Source of the DNA: Candidatus Spongiisociaceae bacterium
GTDB taxonomy: Bacteria > Actinomycetota > Acidimicrobiia > Spongiisociales > Spongiisociaceae
Assembly: GCA_965219685.1 (NCBI GenBank)
Contig: CBDCOH010000002.1
Span: 1,248,001-1,312,000 of the forward strand
DNA length: 64,000 nt
Direction of reading: 5' to 3'
This document shows positions 40,417 to 50,453 of this stretch, piece after piece (the first letter of the stretch is position 1; each line of letters starts with the position of its first letter). The notes beneath the pieces are model-generated. The model was given only the letters and a program-made list of their open reading frames with translations. It made no database searches and had not been told where the DNA came from. The translations under genes and the position numbers were made by a program.

Positions 40417-41772
40417 TCAGGTCAGTTGCTGTTCCCAATCCCAGGTCTCCAGGTTGTCCTTTATACGACGCAGGAAGAGCACCGCCGTGGAACCGTCGAA
40501 GGCCCGGTGGTCCCATGACAGGCCCAGGTATCCGATGTGGCGGATGGCGATGGCGTCCTGGCCGTCGCTGGTGGTGATCACCTTGGGACGCTTCGCCACC
40601 GTGTCCGTGGAGAGGATGGCCACGTTGGGCACGTTGATGACCGGCGCAGACATGAACGACCCGTAGGGCCCCGGGTTCGTGATCGTGAAGGTGCTCCCGG
40701 TCACGTCGTCGGGTTTGAACCTTCCCTCTCTGGCACGGATCGCGACATCCCTGATCTTGCGGGCCAGCGCCCTCATCGTGAAGTCGTCGGCGTTGCGAAC
40801 CGTGGCCACGATCAGCCCTTGCTGGTTGAGGTCGATGGCGATCCCCAGGTTGACGTCCGGGTGGAAAACAGCCTTCTTCCCTTCGAGATCGAAGGAACTG
40901 TTCACGATCGGGAACTCCCGAAGCGCGTCGATCGTGGCCCGGGCTATGAACGGGAGGTAGGTGAGCGAGAACCCCTCGCCCTCCTTGAACGACTGCCTGT
41001 GCGCCTGCCGCACCCGCTCGACCCCTTCGTAGTCGACCTCCACCGATGTCCACACATGGGCGGCGGTCTGCAGGGACTTGACCATGTTGGTGGCGATCCG
41101 CATCCTGAGTCGGCTCAGCTTGCGGGTCTCCTCCCCTTCCGGCGCGGCCGGACGGGTCTCGACGGCTCGGACCTCCGGAGAGGGTGGTTCCGGTGCTGGC
41201 TGGGCCGGTTCCGGGGCGACCGCAGGCTGCATCCTGTCTATGTACGCGAGAACATCGTTGCGGGTGACCCGTCCATCCCTGCCGGTCCCCTCGATCGCGG
41301 CGGGGTCGATCCCGTGCTCGCGGGCCAGGCGCCGTACGACGGGCGACAGGAACTGGCCGGGCCCCGGGCGCCGGCCGGCGCGGCTGGGAGGACGCGGCTC
41401 GGGCGGAGGCGCGACCGCCCGAGGGGGCGGAACCGCGGCCCGATCGGCCGCGGGCGGCGCCTCCTCGACCGGGGACGGCTCGACGGCTGGTTCCTGGACC
41501 GGCGCCCCTCCGGCGGGTTCCGCGGGCGCCCCGGACTCGCCGTCGATTACAACCATTGCGGTCCCGACTCCGATCGTCTCACCCTCGGCGACCAGGATGC
41601 TTGTGACCACGCCGGCCACCGGCGACGGTATCTCGGTGTCGACCTTGTCGGTGGAGATCTCCACGAGCGGCTCATCGGCGGCGATGGGGTCGCCCACCTG
41701 CTTCATCCAGCGGAGAACCGTCCCTTCGGTTACGGTCTCACCCAGTTGCGGCATCGAGATTGTGGTTGACAT
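40417..41772 (-). CDS. Dihydrolipoamide acyltransferase E2 (DlaT/SucB type, one lipoyl domain)
   Basis: STDKVDTE, SPVVRRLA, GTGRDGRVT, DHRAFDG. Confidence 0.93.
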   Translation of the reverse strand: MSTTISMPQLGETVTEGTVLRWMKQVGDPIAADEPLVEISTDKVDTEIPSPVAGVVTSILVAEGETIGVGTAMVVIDGESGAPAEPAGGAPVQEPAVEPSPVEEAPPAADRAAVPPPRAVAPPPEPRPPSRAGRRPGPGQFLSPVVRRLAREHGIDPAAIEGTGRDGRVTRNDVLAYIDRMQPAVAPEPAQPAPEPPSPEVRAVETRPAAPEGEETRKLSRLRMRIATNMVKSLQTAAHVWTSVEVDYEGVERVRQAHRQSFKEGEGFSLTYLPFIARATIDALREFPIVNSSFDLEGKKAVFHPDVNLGIAIDLNQQGLIVATVRNADDFTMRALARKIRDVAIRAREGRFKPDDVTGSTFTITNPGPYGSFMSAPVINVPNVAILSTDTVAKRPKVITTSDGQDAIAIRHIGYLGLSWDHRAFDGSTAVLFLRRIKDNLETWDWEQQLT

Positions 41773-41809
41773 TCTTTACCTCCCCCGGGGCTCAGGCTCG
41801 TCGGACATG

Positions 41810-43183
41810 TCAGTGGAGGGGCAGCCCTGCGGCCGCCATCAGCGTCTCCCCAGTCGCCTCGCTGAGCGTGGGGTGGGCGTGGACGAAGGCCGCCGCTTCC
41901 TCGGGCAGGGCCTCCCACCCCACCATGTACATCAACTCGTGGATCAACTCACCGGCCTGGGGACCGACGACGGTGGCGCCCACGATGGGACCTCCCACCT
42001 CGTTGAGGATCTTCACGAAACCGCGGTTCCTACCGATGATCCGGGCCCTTCCCACGCCGAAGAAGGAGTGATCGTGGGACTCCACCTCGAGACCCGCGGC
42101 CTCGGCTTGCGCCTCGGTAAGGCCCACGGCCGCCACCTCGGGATGGGTGTAGACCACGCTGGGGAGCGCCCGGTAGTCGACCGGCCTAGCCGACCCGGTG
42201 GCGATGAAGGTGATGGCGGAGATGGCCTCTGCGAAGGCGCCGTGGGCGAGGCCGGGGGTATCGGCCACGATGTCGCCGACTGCGAACACACCGGGTTGAG
42301 CAGACTGCATGGTGTCAAGATCGACCCTTAGGAATCCCCGGTCCGTTCCCAGGCCGACGGTTTCGAGACCGAGTCCATCGGTCAACGGCCGGCGGCCCAC
42401 CGCTACCAGGACGGTGTCCACCTCGAACCCGTCGGCACCCCCCGAAGCTTGCAGGACGGTGCGGTCACCGGAGGCTTCGAGTTCGGCGCCCGACCCCAGG
42501 ACGAAGGTGACGCCGCGCCGTTGCAGCTGCTTCTGGAGTTCCTTCGCCGCGCCCGGCTCGAAACCGGGGATGATCTGGTCCACCATCTCGAAGACGACCA
42601 CTTCGCTGCCGACATCGGCGAGCAGGCTGGCGAACTCGCACCCGACTATGCCTCCTCCCACGATCCCCACCCGGCCGGGTCGTTCGGGCCAGTCGAGAGC
42701 ATGGTCCGAGCTGACGATCCGTCGACCGTCGAAAGGGAATCCGGGTAGTTCCACGGGAGCGGAACCCGTGGCGAGGATCACGTGGCGGCCTTCCAGGAGT
42801 CGGAATCCTCCCGGTTCCTCGACCTCGACCTTGCCGACCCCGGTCAGGCGGCCCGTACCTCTAACCACGTCTACCTTGCGGTACCTGAGTAGTCCCGCCA
42901 GCCCTCGGACCAGGCCTTTCACGATCGTGTCCTTGCGTTCCAGCGCCACTGGCCAGTCGAAGCGAGGGTCTCCGGTGACGACCCCGAACTCGCCCGCCGA
43001 CCGCACAGTGGAGTACACCTCGGCGGCCTGGAGCCAGCTCTTAGCAGGAATGCAGCCTCTGAGCAGGCACGTACCCCCGATGGTGTCCCGCTCGACGAGG
43101 GCGACGGACAGACCGAAGTTGCGGGCGTAGAGCGCGGCGCCGTAGCCACCCGGACCCCCGCCCACGACTATTACGTCATACAA
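41810..43183 (-). CDS. lpdA: Dihydrolipoamide dehydrogenase
   Basis: GGGPGGY, GGTCLLRGCIP, HAHPTLSE. Confidence 0.95.
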   Translation of the reverse strand: MYDVIVVGGGPGGYGAALYARNFGLSVALVERDTIGGTCLLRGCIPAKSWLQAAEVYSTVRSAGEFGVVTGDPRFDWPVALERKDTIVKGLVRGLAGLLRYRKVDVVRGTGRLTGVGKVEVEEPGGFRLLEGRHVILATGSAPVELPGFPFDGRRIVSSDHALDWPERPGRVGIVGGGIVGCEFASLLADVGSEVVVFEMVDQIIPGFEPGAAKELQKQLQRRGVTFVLGSGAELEASGDRTVLQASGGADGFEVDTVLVAVGRRPLTDGLGLETVGLGTDRGFLRVDLDTMQSAQPGVFAVGDIVADTPGLAHGAFAEAISAITFIATGSARPVDYRALPSVVYTHPEVAAVGLTEAQAEAAGLEVESHDHSFFGVGRARIIGRNRGFVKILNEVGGPIVGATVVGPQAGELIHELMYMVGWEALPEEAAAFVHAHPTLSEATGETLMAAAGLPLH

Positions 43184-43391
43184 CTGGGGGCTCCCTCAGG
43201 AGGGTGCCGAAAAAGCCCGGACCAAGAGGTCTGCTCGCGAGCCCGCAAGTTGTCGACCGGGCGCCCTTCCGCCGAGCGAAACCCGCTGGATGCATTTTTG
43301 AGGATCCTCCTGTATGCACGGATGGGTCAGCCTAATGGTATCGCGCTGATCAACGGACCTATGCGGCCGGGGCGGCTACCCTGACTCGCCG

Positions 43392-43484
43392 ATGCCAACT
43401 CGCTATCTGATAGTCGGGGCTCTGATAACCGCGCTCGTGATCCTGGTGGGGGTGGGTCTCTGGTTCCTGCTCGGGGTTCTGTGA
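43392..43484 (+). CDS. 30-aa single-TM small protein (below the ORF-track cutoff)
   Basis: MPTRYLIVGALITALVILVGVGLWFLLGVL*; GC-rich third positions; directly upstream of the MBL gene. Confidence 0.55.
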   Translation: MPTRYLIVGALITALVILVGVGLWFLLGVL

Positions 43485-43508
43485 CATGGGTTGCGGTGGC
43501 GGGAGAAG

Positions 43509-44480
43509 GTGACGCATACAGCCGTCCCCATGGGTGACGGGATCCACCGGATAAGCCTCTCACTTCCTCCGATGGGCCCGAAGGCGGTGAACTGTTACGT
43601 GGTGGAGGGAAGCGACGGCCTGACCTTGATCGACTGTGGCGTCAACGCCCGCCGGCAGCTCGACACCCTGGTCGGAGGTCTGCGTCAGGTTGCCGACGGC
43701 GACCCGACCCTGGAACGGCTCATCTGCACCCACCTCCACTTCGATCACGTGGGCGGCGCCGCGTCACTGCTCTCCGACCATCCGGCCGAGTTCGTGATGC
43801 ACGCCACCGCGGCGGGACTCGTCGACTGGTACAACGACCGGAACAGCCACCGCGACAGGCTGGCGCGGCTGGTACGGCAGCACGGCGGCCCTCCCACCCT
43901 GGAAGCCCTCGACGAGGCCCCCTGGCAGCAACGGTCCTTCCTGGGTACCGCGGTCCCTCCCAGCCGCCCGGTCGCCGACGGTGACCGGATCGATCTCGGC
44001 TCGGGTCGCTACCTGGAGGTGGTTCACACGCCCGGCCACGACCGTACGCACATCTGCCTGGTCGACAGCCTCACCGGTTTCCTCTTCGCCGGCGACCATG
44101 TTCTGCCGCGGATCACACCTTTCGTGCCGTACGAGGCCGACCGGGACAGCCTCGGCGACTATCTCGAGTCGCTCACGAAGATAGTGGAACTCGACCCTCC
44201 CAGGATCCTGCCCGGCCATGGAGAGCCCCTGGACGGGGGACGCGACAGGGCGCGCGAGATCACCTTGCATCACGAGCAACGATTGGACGCCGTCGCCCGG
44301 GCTGCAACGGGTCCGACGGCCGATGCGTGGGGAGTGATGCAGCAGGTCTTCGGTACCGAACTCGATCCGATCGGCAGCATCCTGGCGCTGCTCGAGACCC
44401 TCGCCCATCTCGAGCACCTGGCCGGCAGGGGCCGGTTGCGCAAGCGGGCCTCGGAGGGCTTCTGGTGTTACGGAGGGTGA
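43509..44480 (+). CDS. MBL-fold metallo-hydrolase
   Basis: THLHFDH, TPGH, AGDH, PGHG. Confidence 0.88.
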   Translation: MTHTAVPMGDGIHRISLSLPPMGPKAVNCYVVEGSDGLTLIDCGVNARRQLDTLVGGLRQVADGDPTLERLICTHLHFDHVGGAASLLSDHPAEFVMHATAAGLVDWYNDRNSHRDRLARLVRQHGGPPTLEALDEAPWQQRSFLGTAVPPSRPVADGDRIDLGSGRYLEVVHTPGHDRTHICLVDSLTGFLFAGDHVLPRITPFVPYEADRDSLGDYLESLTKIVELDPPRILPGHGEPLDGGRDRAREITLHHEQRLDAVARAATGPTADAWGVMQQVFGTELDPIGSILALLETLAHLEHLAGRGRLRKRASEGFWCYGG

Positions 44481-44500
44481 GGGGGTGGCCGCCGCGAGAG

Positions 44501-44704
44501 TCAGAGGGGTCGGAAACCCCGGTTGCGCGCCTCGGCCAAGGTGTCGGGTCCGTACGTCTGGATCAGCTTCCGTCCCAGCAGGTCGTCCGACTCGATCCGC
44601 TCCTCGAGCAGGGAGAACTGGTCGCGATCGTCGCAGTCGTAAACGGTCATCGTGTCACGGGCCCCGACGAACCGGCTCGCTTCCAACCGCCTCAGCCTTG
44701 CCAT
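44501..44704 (-). CDS. Small hypothetical protein
   Basis: 67 aa, ATG start, co-directional with the two upstream genes, protein-like composition. Confidence 0.65.
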   Translation of the reverse strand: MARLRRLEASRFVGARDTMTVYDCDDRDQFSLLEERIESDDLLGRKLIQTYGPDTLAEARNRGFRPL

Positions 44705-44738
44705 GCAGGTCCCACCAGGATGCCCCCTCCGTGTCCGG

Positions 44739-45077
44739 TCATCCGGCGCGTCCCCCTCGCCTCTCCCGGACTCCCGTCTTCACCTCCGTACCGCACATGG
44801 GGCAGCGGGCGACCGCTATCTCCCCCACTATGAAGCTGAAGCCGCACTGCTTGTCGGCACAACGCGTTCTGCGGGAGGGCCTCTCAGGTGGCGGCGGTGG
44901 TGGCGGGGCCATCGGTCCTTGCGGTCCCGCGCCGGGCGGCCCTCCATGAGGGCCGGGGCCCGCACCGGGTTGCGCCCCGGCCCGGACCTCGTTCGTCACG
45001 CCGCAGGCAGGGCAGGCGTAACGGCCCGGCCGCATGACCTCGAATCCCGTACCGCAGCGACCGCATCGTGCTCTCAT
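44739..45077 (-). CDS. Double zinc-ribbon protein with Pro-rich linker
   Basis: CGRC, CPAC, CADKQC, CPMC; ATGA overlap with the upstream gene. Confidence 0.7.
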   Translation of the reverse strand: MRARCGRCGTGFEVMRPGRYACPACGVTNEVRAGAQPGAGPGPHGGPPGAGPQGPMAPPPPPPPERPSRRTRCADKQCGFSFIVGEIAVARCPMCGTEVKTGVRERRGGRAG

Positions 45078-45517
45078 ACCGGCTCCTGCTCCTTCACCCT
45101 TTCACCCAGAGCGCCGATACCGGCCAGGTATCCCGCCTCGGCGGCAAGCACCTGGGCGATGTCGGCGGTGGAGTACTCGTGGCCCCTCCTGGCCAGTTGG
45201 TACTGAATGTACTCGATCGCGCCGCTCTCCCCGCCGGCTATCACGCTCAGGCCTGTCCGTCGTCGGGCAGGGACGGCCAGGCCCTGCAGGTAGTGGGTCG
45301 ACCACTCGATGATCCGGCGTACCCCGGATTTGCCGAGCCGGCCCATCGGTTCAGGATCGAGACTCCCGGCCGCGAACTCGACCGCGTCGTTGATCACGTA
45401 GACGGGCGGCTCCGACATTCGTCGGCCGCCGGAACCCCGGAAAACGACGACGGCCACCACGAGCAGGACAAGCACCAGGCCAACGAGTCCGATCGCCGCC
45501 GCGACTCCGGGAGACAT
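45074..45517 (-). CDS. Hypothetical membrane-anchored protein
   Basis: N-terminal TM; ends YLAGIGALG; coupled to the next gene. Confidence 0.7.
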   Translation of the reverse strand: MSPGVAAAIGLVGLVLVLLVVAVVVFRGSGGRRMSEPPVYVINDAVEFAAGSLDPEPMGRLGKSGVRRIIEWSTHYLQGLAVPARRRTGLSVIAGGESGAIEYIQYQLARRGHEYSTADIAQVLAAEAGYLAGIGALGERVKEQEPV

Positions 45518-45684
45518 GGAAACAGCCTACCGGCCGACCGTCCCCTCCCCGCTCACGAACCCCAGGGGATGCCGGGCACGATCTCCGAATCCCGTCCGAA
45601 CATCCAAGCTGCCCTGCACGCGACATGTGGGCCGCGCTGGGATCGAGCAGGTTCGGAACCGCTCCCGCCATCAGGCGACCGGCC

Positions 45685-47685
45685 TCAGTACACGTACGGG
45701 GTCGGCCGCGGCGGGAACCTGGTCCACGAGGTCACGACCAGGGACGCCAGGTCGGATCCCTTCAAACCGGCCTCGGAGAGGGTGAAGAGGTTGTCGCCTA
45801 TCACCAGCGAACGCCTGATCGGAGCGTGCATCCACCGGTAGTACCCCGAACCGCCCGCGAGGTCGTCCTCGGCCAGTTCATGCTCGATGGTGCCCAGCCG
45901 CTCTATGCCCCCGGATCCGATGCGCAGTGCGATGGCTCCCTGGTAGCTCTCCCACTGGTTGGATCCTTCCTGATACCCCCACCATCCGATGGGCAGCACC
46001 GCCAGTCCGGTCTGGGGCCAGTACAGGAAGGCCCGATGGTTGAACTCGACCTCCGTACGGGAGGATCTCGGAAGTCTGTACTGGTGGGTGCGTACCGGCT
46101 TCGCGGCATCGGACACGTCGAACACGGACACCTGGGTACCGAGGATACGGCCTCTCTCGTCGGCATCCTGCCCGACGCCGAGTACCAGGTGCTCCCCGAC
46201 CGGGTGCAGGTAGGCGGAGTATCCCGGGATCTTCAACTCCCCCCGCACCTCAGGTGCGGTCGGATCGGACAGGTCGACGGTGTACAGCGGGTCGATCTGG
46301 CGAAAGGTCACAACGTAGCCCATGTCACCGATGAACCGCACCGCGAAGATGCGCTCTCCCCTGCCGAGGCCCTTGACCGATCCGACCACTCGGAGACGGC
46401 CGCCGTCCCGCTCCAGCACGTCCACCCGGCTCTCCGACGTCCCGTCGGCGCGCCACCATCCCCATACGGGCACGTTGGTGGAGGCCACCCGCAGGTACCC
46501 GTCGTGTTCGGACATCGCGAACTGGTTGAGCAGGAGCCCGTCGACTGATCCGCTCGCTTCGTAGACGGGACCGTCGGGCCCGCTGACGTCGAAGCTGTGG
46601 ATCTGGGTGGTGACCCGGGCGGCATCCGCCGCGTCGAAGTCGGTGCGGTCGATCCAGCGGCGGTTGGCGACGTACAGCCGGTCGGCAGACGCATAGACGG
46701 TGTCGCCTCCAGCCATGACACTCGCCACGGAACCCACCCGGAGTCCCTCCGACAGGTCGATATTCAGCACCGACAGTAGGCCGAAGCCGGAGAACTCCTG
46801 GGGGGCGAAGGTCGCCGAGCAGTCGACCAGGCTCCCGCGGTCGGAACGTCCCTGGGTCTTCAGCTCGTACCCCGGCACCCACTGTTCGAGGGTGGACTCC
46901 CGTATGGCACTGCGGTTGGCGCGCTCTGCTCTGGTCTGGGCCGACCCGAATCCGCTGGCGGGGTAGACGAACTCCCGGTCGATACGGGACTCCGACGCCA
47001 CCACCAGGCTGGCCCGGTCATCCACTAGGCGCGCAGACACCAGCCTTCCATCGATGGAGAGGCTCCTGACCACCCTCAGTACCAGCGGCTCGGATAGGTC
47101 GAATTGGACGACCTGCGCCTTCGGCTCGCGCGAGCCGCCCGGTGCATCGGCGTTGCCGGACATCATCACGAGGGCCGTGTCACCTCTGAGCAAGAGTTGG
47201 CTGTCGGGCAGTCTCCATCCACCGCCCAGGCCGTTCAGCCAGGGCCACAGGTCGTATGTGGAGATGACGGCCGGATCGCCCCCCGACACGTCGATGTTGT
47301 ACATGACCCCTCGGGAGAGCGCCACGATGCGCTTGCCGTCCGTCTTGACGATGTCGGGTTCGTCGACTCCGGCCTCCTGGACGTTCGTGGTCGAGTAGTC
47401 GACACCAGCCACGGGGGAGGTGACGGCCTCCGCTGCATCCGCCGCGGCCTCCGCCTCGGCGACCGCGGCCTCGGCTACATCGAAAGCCAGGTAGGAACCT
47501 CCGTCGGCGAAACCGTAGGGGCCCACTCGCGCCAGGGCCTCGCTCTTGAGGTGGTCAAGGAAGGCGTCGCAGTCTTCGAACCGGATCAACTCCGATGGGG
47601 CCATCTCCTGCGATGCCGAGGGAGAGGCCGCCGCGATGTTTAACACCGTCAGCAACCCTGCGACGCAAAGTGCGTGCCTTCTCAT
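45685..47685 (-). CDS. Secreted beta-propeller domain protein (Beta_propel family)
   Basis: Signal peptide; STTNVQEAGVDEPDIVKTDG, NQFAMSE, VTFRQIDPL, GELKIPGYSAYLHP. Confidence 0.85.
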   Translation of the reverse strand: MRRHALCVAGLLTVLNIAAASPSASQEMAPSELIRFEDCDAFLDHLKSEALARVGPYGFADGGSYLAFDVAEAAVAEAEAAADAAEAVTSPVAGVDYSTTNVQEAGVDEPDIVKTDGKRIVALSRGVMYNIDVSGGDPAVISTYDLWPWLNGLGGGWRLPDSQLLLRGDTALVMMSGNADAPGGSREPKAQVVQFDLSEPLVLRVVRSLSIDGRLVSARLVDDRASLVVASESRIDREFVYPASGFGSAQTRAERANRSAIRESTLEQWVPGYELKTQGRSDRGSLVDCSATFAPQEFSGFGLLSVLNIDLSEGLRVGSVASVMAGGDTVYASADRLYVANRRWIDRTDFDAADAARVTTQIHSFDVSGPDGPVYEASGSVDGLLLNQFAMSEHDGYLRVASTNVPVWGWWRADGTSESRVDVLERDGGRLRVVGSVKGLGRGERIFAVRFIGDMGYVVTFRQIDPLYTVDLSDPTAPEVRGELKIPGYSAYLHPVGEHLVLGVGQDADERGRILGTQVSVFDVSDAAKPVRTHQYRLPRSSRTEVEFNHRAFLYWPQTGLAVLPIGWWGYQEGSNQWESYQGAIALRIGSGGIERLGTIEHELAEDDLAGGSGYYRWMHAPIRRSLVIGDNLFTLSEAGLKGSDLASLVVTSWTRFPPRPTPYVY

Positions 47686-47856
47686 GAGCGATTCCTTCCA
47701 TTGGACAGGCGCTTGCCGGTTGGACGTACGCTAGAAGGGGAAGGTTCCCGGTGCGGGCGCAGCTCTTGCGACGCCACCGCAATGGGTTTACCAACGCGGC
47801 GGTCAGCCAATTACCCTTGGAGGTGGACATCCACTCGCCTACCGGGAGAACCTCCG

Positions 47857-48615
47857 TTGAAGGCCGACGCCCCTTTGCTCGCCATAGAAGACCTGCACGT
47901 GGCCGTGGACGGGAGCCCGATCCTGCGGGGTGTCGACCTGACGACCAGGCGGGGTGAGATCCATGCCCTGATGGGACCCAACGGATCCGGGAAGTCGACC
48001 CTCGCAAAGGTGCTGATGGGCCATCCCGCATACGAGATCACCGCGGGGAGGGTCTACTTCGACGGTGAGGACATCACCGAGGCCGATCCGCCGTCGCGAG
48101 GGCGCAGGGGCATGTTCCTGGCCTTCCAGTACCCGGAGGAAATCCCGGGGGTGTCGGTGGTCAACTTCCTGCGCACCGCACTGAGCAACCGCACCGGGAT
48201 CGACTACACGGTGCTCGAACTCCGACTGAGGGTGATGGATGCCATGGCCGCGCTCGGAATGGACTCGACCTTCGCCGACCGGTACGTCAACCAGGGCTTC
48301 TCGGGAGGCGAGCGCAAGCGGAACGAAGTGCTGCAGATGGCGGTGCTGGAGCCCGAACTCGCCATCATGGACGAGACCGACTCGGGACTCGACATCGATG
48401 CCCTCCAGATCGTCGCGGAGGGAGTGAACAGGCTGGCCGGACCGGAACGGGGATTCCTCATCATCACTCACTACCAGCGGTTGCTCGATTACATCACCCC
48501 GGACACCGTCCATGTCCTGGTCGGCGGCCGGATCGTTGCATCGGGCGGGCCGGAGTTGGCCCGACGTCTCGAACTCGACGGCTACGAGGCCTTCCGGGCG
48601 GTGTCCGCAGCATGA
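47857..48615 (+). CDS. sufC: Fe-S assembly ATPase SufC (copy 1)
   Basis: MGPNGSGKST, AFQYP, FSGGERKR, DETDSGLDID; start re-called to TTG 47857. Confidence 0.93.
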   Translation: MKADAPLLAIEDLHVAVDGSPILRGVDLTTRRGEIHALMGPNGSGKSTLAKVLMGHPAYEITAGRVYFDGEDITEADPPSRGRRGMFLAFQYPEEIPGVSVVNFLRTALSNRTGIDYTVLELRLRVMDAMAALGMDSTFADRYVNQGFSGGERKRNEVLQMAVLEPELAIMDETDSGLDIDALQIVAEGVNRLAGPERGFLIITHYQRLLDYITPDTVHVLVGGRIVASGGPELARRLELDGYEAFRAVSAA

Positions 48616-49841
48616 TCGATCCTTCCTGTATCCGCGCCGACTTCCCGATCCTGGATCGGGAGATCAACGGGCGACCCCTCGTATTCCTCGACTCGGCGGC
48701 CAGTTCGCAGAAGCCGGTCCAGGTTCTCGACGCCCTCACCCGGATCTACCGTGACTCCTACGCCAACGTTCATCGCGGCGCCTACACCCTGTCGCAGGAG
48801 GCAACCGAGGCATACGAGGAGGCCCGGCGCAAGGTGGCCCGGTTCCTGAACGCCCGCACAGACGAGGAGATCGTCTTCACGCGCAGCGCCACCGCGGCGA
48901 TGAACCTGTTCGCGTACGGATGGGGCCTCAACACGTTGAAGCCGGGGGATCGGGTGATGACCAGTGTGATGGAGCATCACGCCAACATCGTTCCGTGGCA
49001 CATCGTCGCCCGGCACACCGGCGCCGAGTTGGTCTATCTGGATCTCACCGACGACTTCCGCATCGACCTGGACAGCGTGGGTGACCGCTTGGACGAGAGG
49101 GTCAAGATCGTGGCCCTGTCGGGGATGTCAAACGTCCTGGGTACCATGCCTCCCATCGGCGCGATCGCCCCCCTGGCCCACGAAGTGGGGGCGGTGGTCC
49201 TCGTGGACGGGGCACAGCTCGTTCCCCACTCCCCTGTCGACGTGCGGACGCTGGGCGCCGACTTCCTGGCCTTCTCGGGACACAAGATGCTCGGACCCAC
49301 CGGGATCGGGGTGCTGTGGGGACGGCGGGAACTGCTCGAGGAGATGGAGCCCGCCGAGGGTGGCGGCGAGATGATCCGCGATGTCCGGCTGTTCGAATCG
49401 ACATGGGCGCCGGTACCGCACAAATTCGAAGCGGGCACGCCTCCCTTCGTGGAGGCCATCGCCCTCGGGGCAGCCGTCGACTACCTGTCCGATATCGGCA
49501 TGGACAACGTGTTGGAGCACGACCGCCGGCTGACCGCCTACGCGCTGAAGCGGCTGGCGGAGATACCGGACCTCTCCATCCAGGGGCCGTCCGACATCAC
49601 CGACCGGGGGGGCACCATCAGCTTCCACATCCCCGGCATCCACGCCCACGACATCGCGACGATTCTGGACGAGCAGGGCGTTGCGGTACGAGCGGGACAT
49701 CACTGCGCCAAGCCGTTGATGCGTCACCTCGGTCTCACCGCCACCGCGCGCGCCTCCTTCTACGTCTACAACGTCGAGCAGGAGGTCGACGCCCTGGTGG
49801 ACGCCTTGGCCGAAGCCCGTCGCCTGTTCGGGCTCTCCTGA
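48612..49841 (+). CDS. sufS: Cysteine desulfurase SufS
   Basis: LDSAASSQKP, EHHAN, SGHKM, RAGHHCA. Confidence 0.95.
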   Translation: MIDPSCIRADFPILDREINGRPLVFLDSAASSQKPVQVLDALTRIYRDSYANVHRGAYTLSQEATEAYEEARRKVARFLNARTDEEIVFTRSATAAMNLFAYGWGLNTLKPGDRVMTSVMEHHANIVPWHIVARHTGAELVYLDLTDDFRIDLDSVGDRLDERVKIVALSGMSNVLGTMPPIGAIAPLAHEVGAVVLVDGAQLVPHSPVDVRTLGADFLAFSGHKMLGPTGIGVLWGRRELLEEMEPAEGGGEMIRDVRLFESTWAPVPHKFEAGTPPFVEAIALGAAVDYLSDIGMDNVLEHDRRLTAYALKRLAEIPDLSIQGPSDITDRGGTISFHIPGIHAHDIATILDEQGVAVRAGHHCAKPLMRHLGLTATARASFYVYNVEQEVDALVDALAEARRLFGLS

Positions 49842-49912
49842 CGGAAGCCGGCCCGTCATGGCAGACCGCTACCCGTTCGGCACCGCCCGAGTTCTAACGT
49901 TGAGACCCACCT

Positions 49913-50368
49913 ATGGCGCTTGAAGAACTGTACCGCGAGGTGATCCTCGATCACTACCGGAGTCCCCGAAACCGTCGGACCCTCCGGGATCCCGACGCGA
50001 GCGCCGACGGCAACAACCCGCTGTGCGGCGATGACGTCCGCGTCGAGTTGATGATCGAACGGGGCATCATCGTGGACATCGGCGTCACGGGGCAAGGGTG
50101 TTCCATCTCACAGGCCTCGGGATCGATGATGGGGGACGCCGTCAAGACCAGGTCGATAGACCACGTCCATCACCTCACCGACCTTTTCAAGGGGATGATG
50201 AGCATCGACGGCGCCTCCGACCCCGGACTGAACCCGGACCGTCCGGGAGCGGTGCTCGGCGATCTGGAGGCTCTCCAGGGGGTGCGCAAGTTCCCGGTGC
50301 GCATCAAGTGCGCCGACCTGCCGTGGACAACGCTCGAAGAAGCGCTGAAGGGATACGAATCCCGCTGA
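49913..50368 (+). CDS. sufU: SufU Fe-S scaffold / sulfur transfer protein
   Basis: LYREVILDHY, NPLCGD, GCSISQAS, RIKCA. Confidence 0.93.
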   Translation: MALEELYREVILDHYRSPRNRRTLRDPDASADGNNPLCGDDVRVELMIERGIIVDIGVTGQGCSISQASGSMMGDAVKTRSIDHVHHLTDLFKGMMSIDGASDPGLNPDRPGAVLGDLEALQGVRKFPVRIKCADLPWTTLEEALKGYESR

Positions 50369-50453
50369 ATTCCGGGCGCATCTCATCGCGGTCCGAGGGT
50401 CCGCCCGGCTCGGGCTGCACGAAGACACAGCGGAACCTCGGGCGTCCGGGGCT

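Noticed and set aside
40376-41053. N-terminal extension that makes LipB-LipA 786 aa
   Set aside because: It overlaps the E2 gene out of frame and has shadow-like composition.
47780-47830. Possible shared SUF operator (CAATTACC also occurs upstream of sufB near 63040)
   Set aside because: The match is only 8 bp, in opposite orientation relative to the genes, and I did not see it upstream of sufD.
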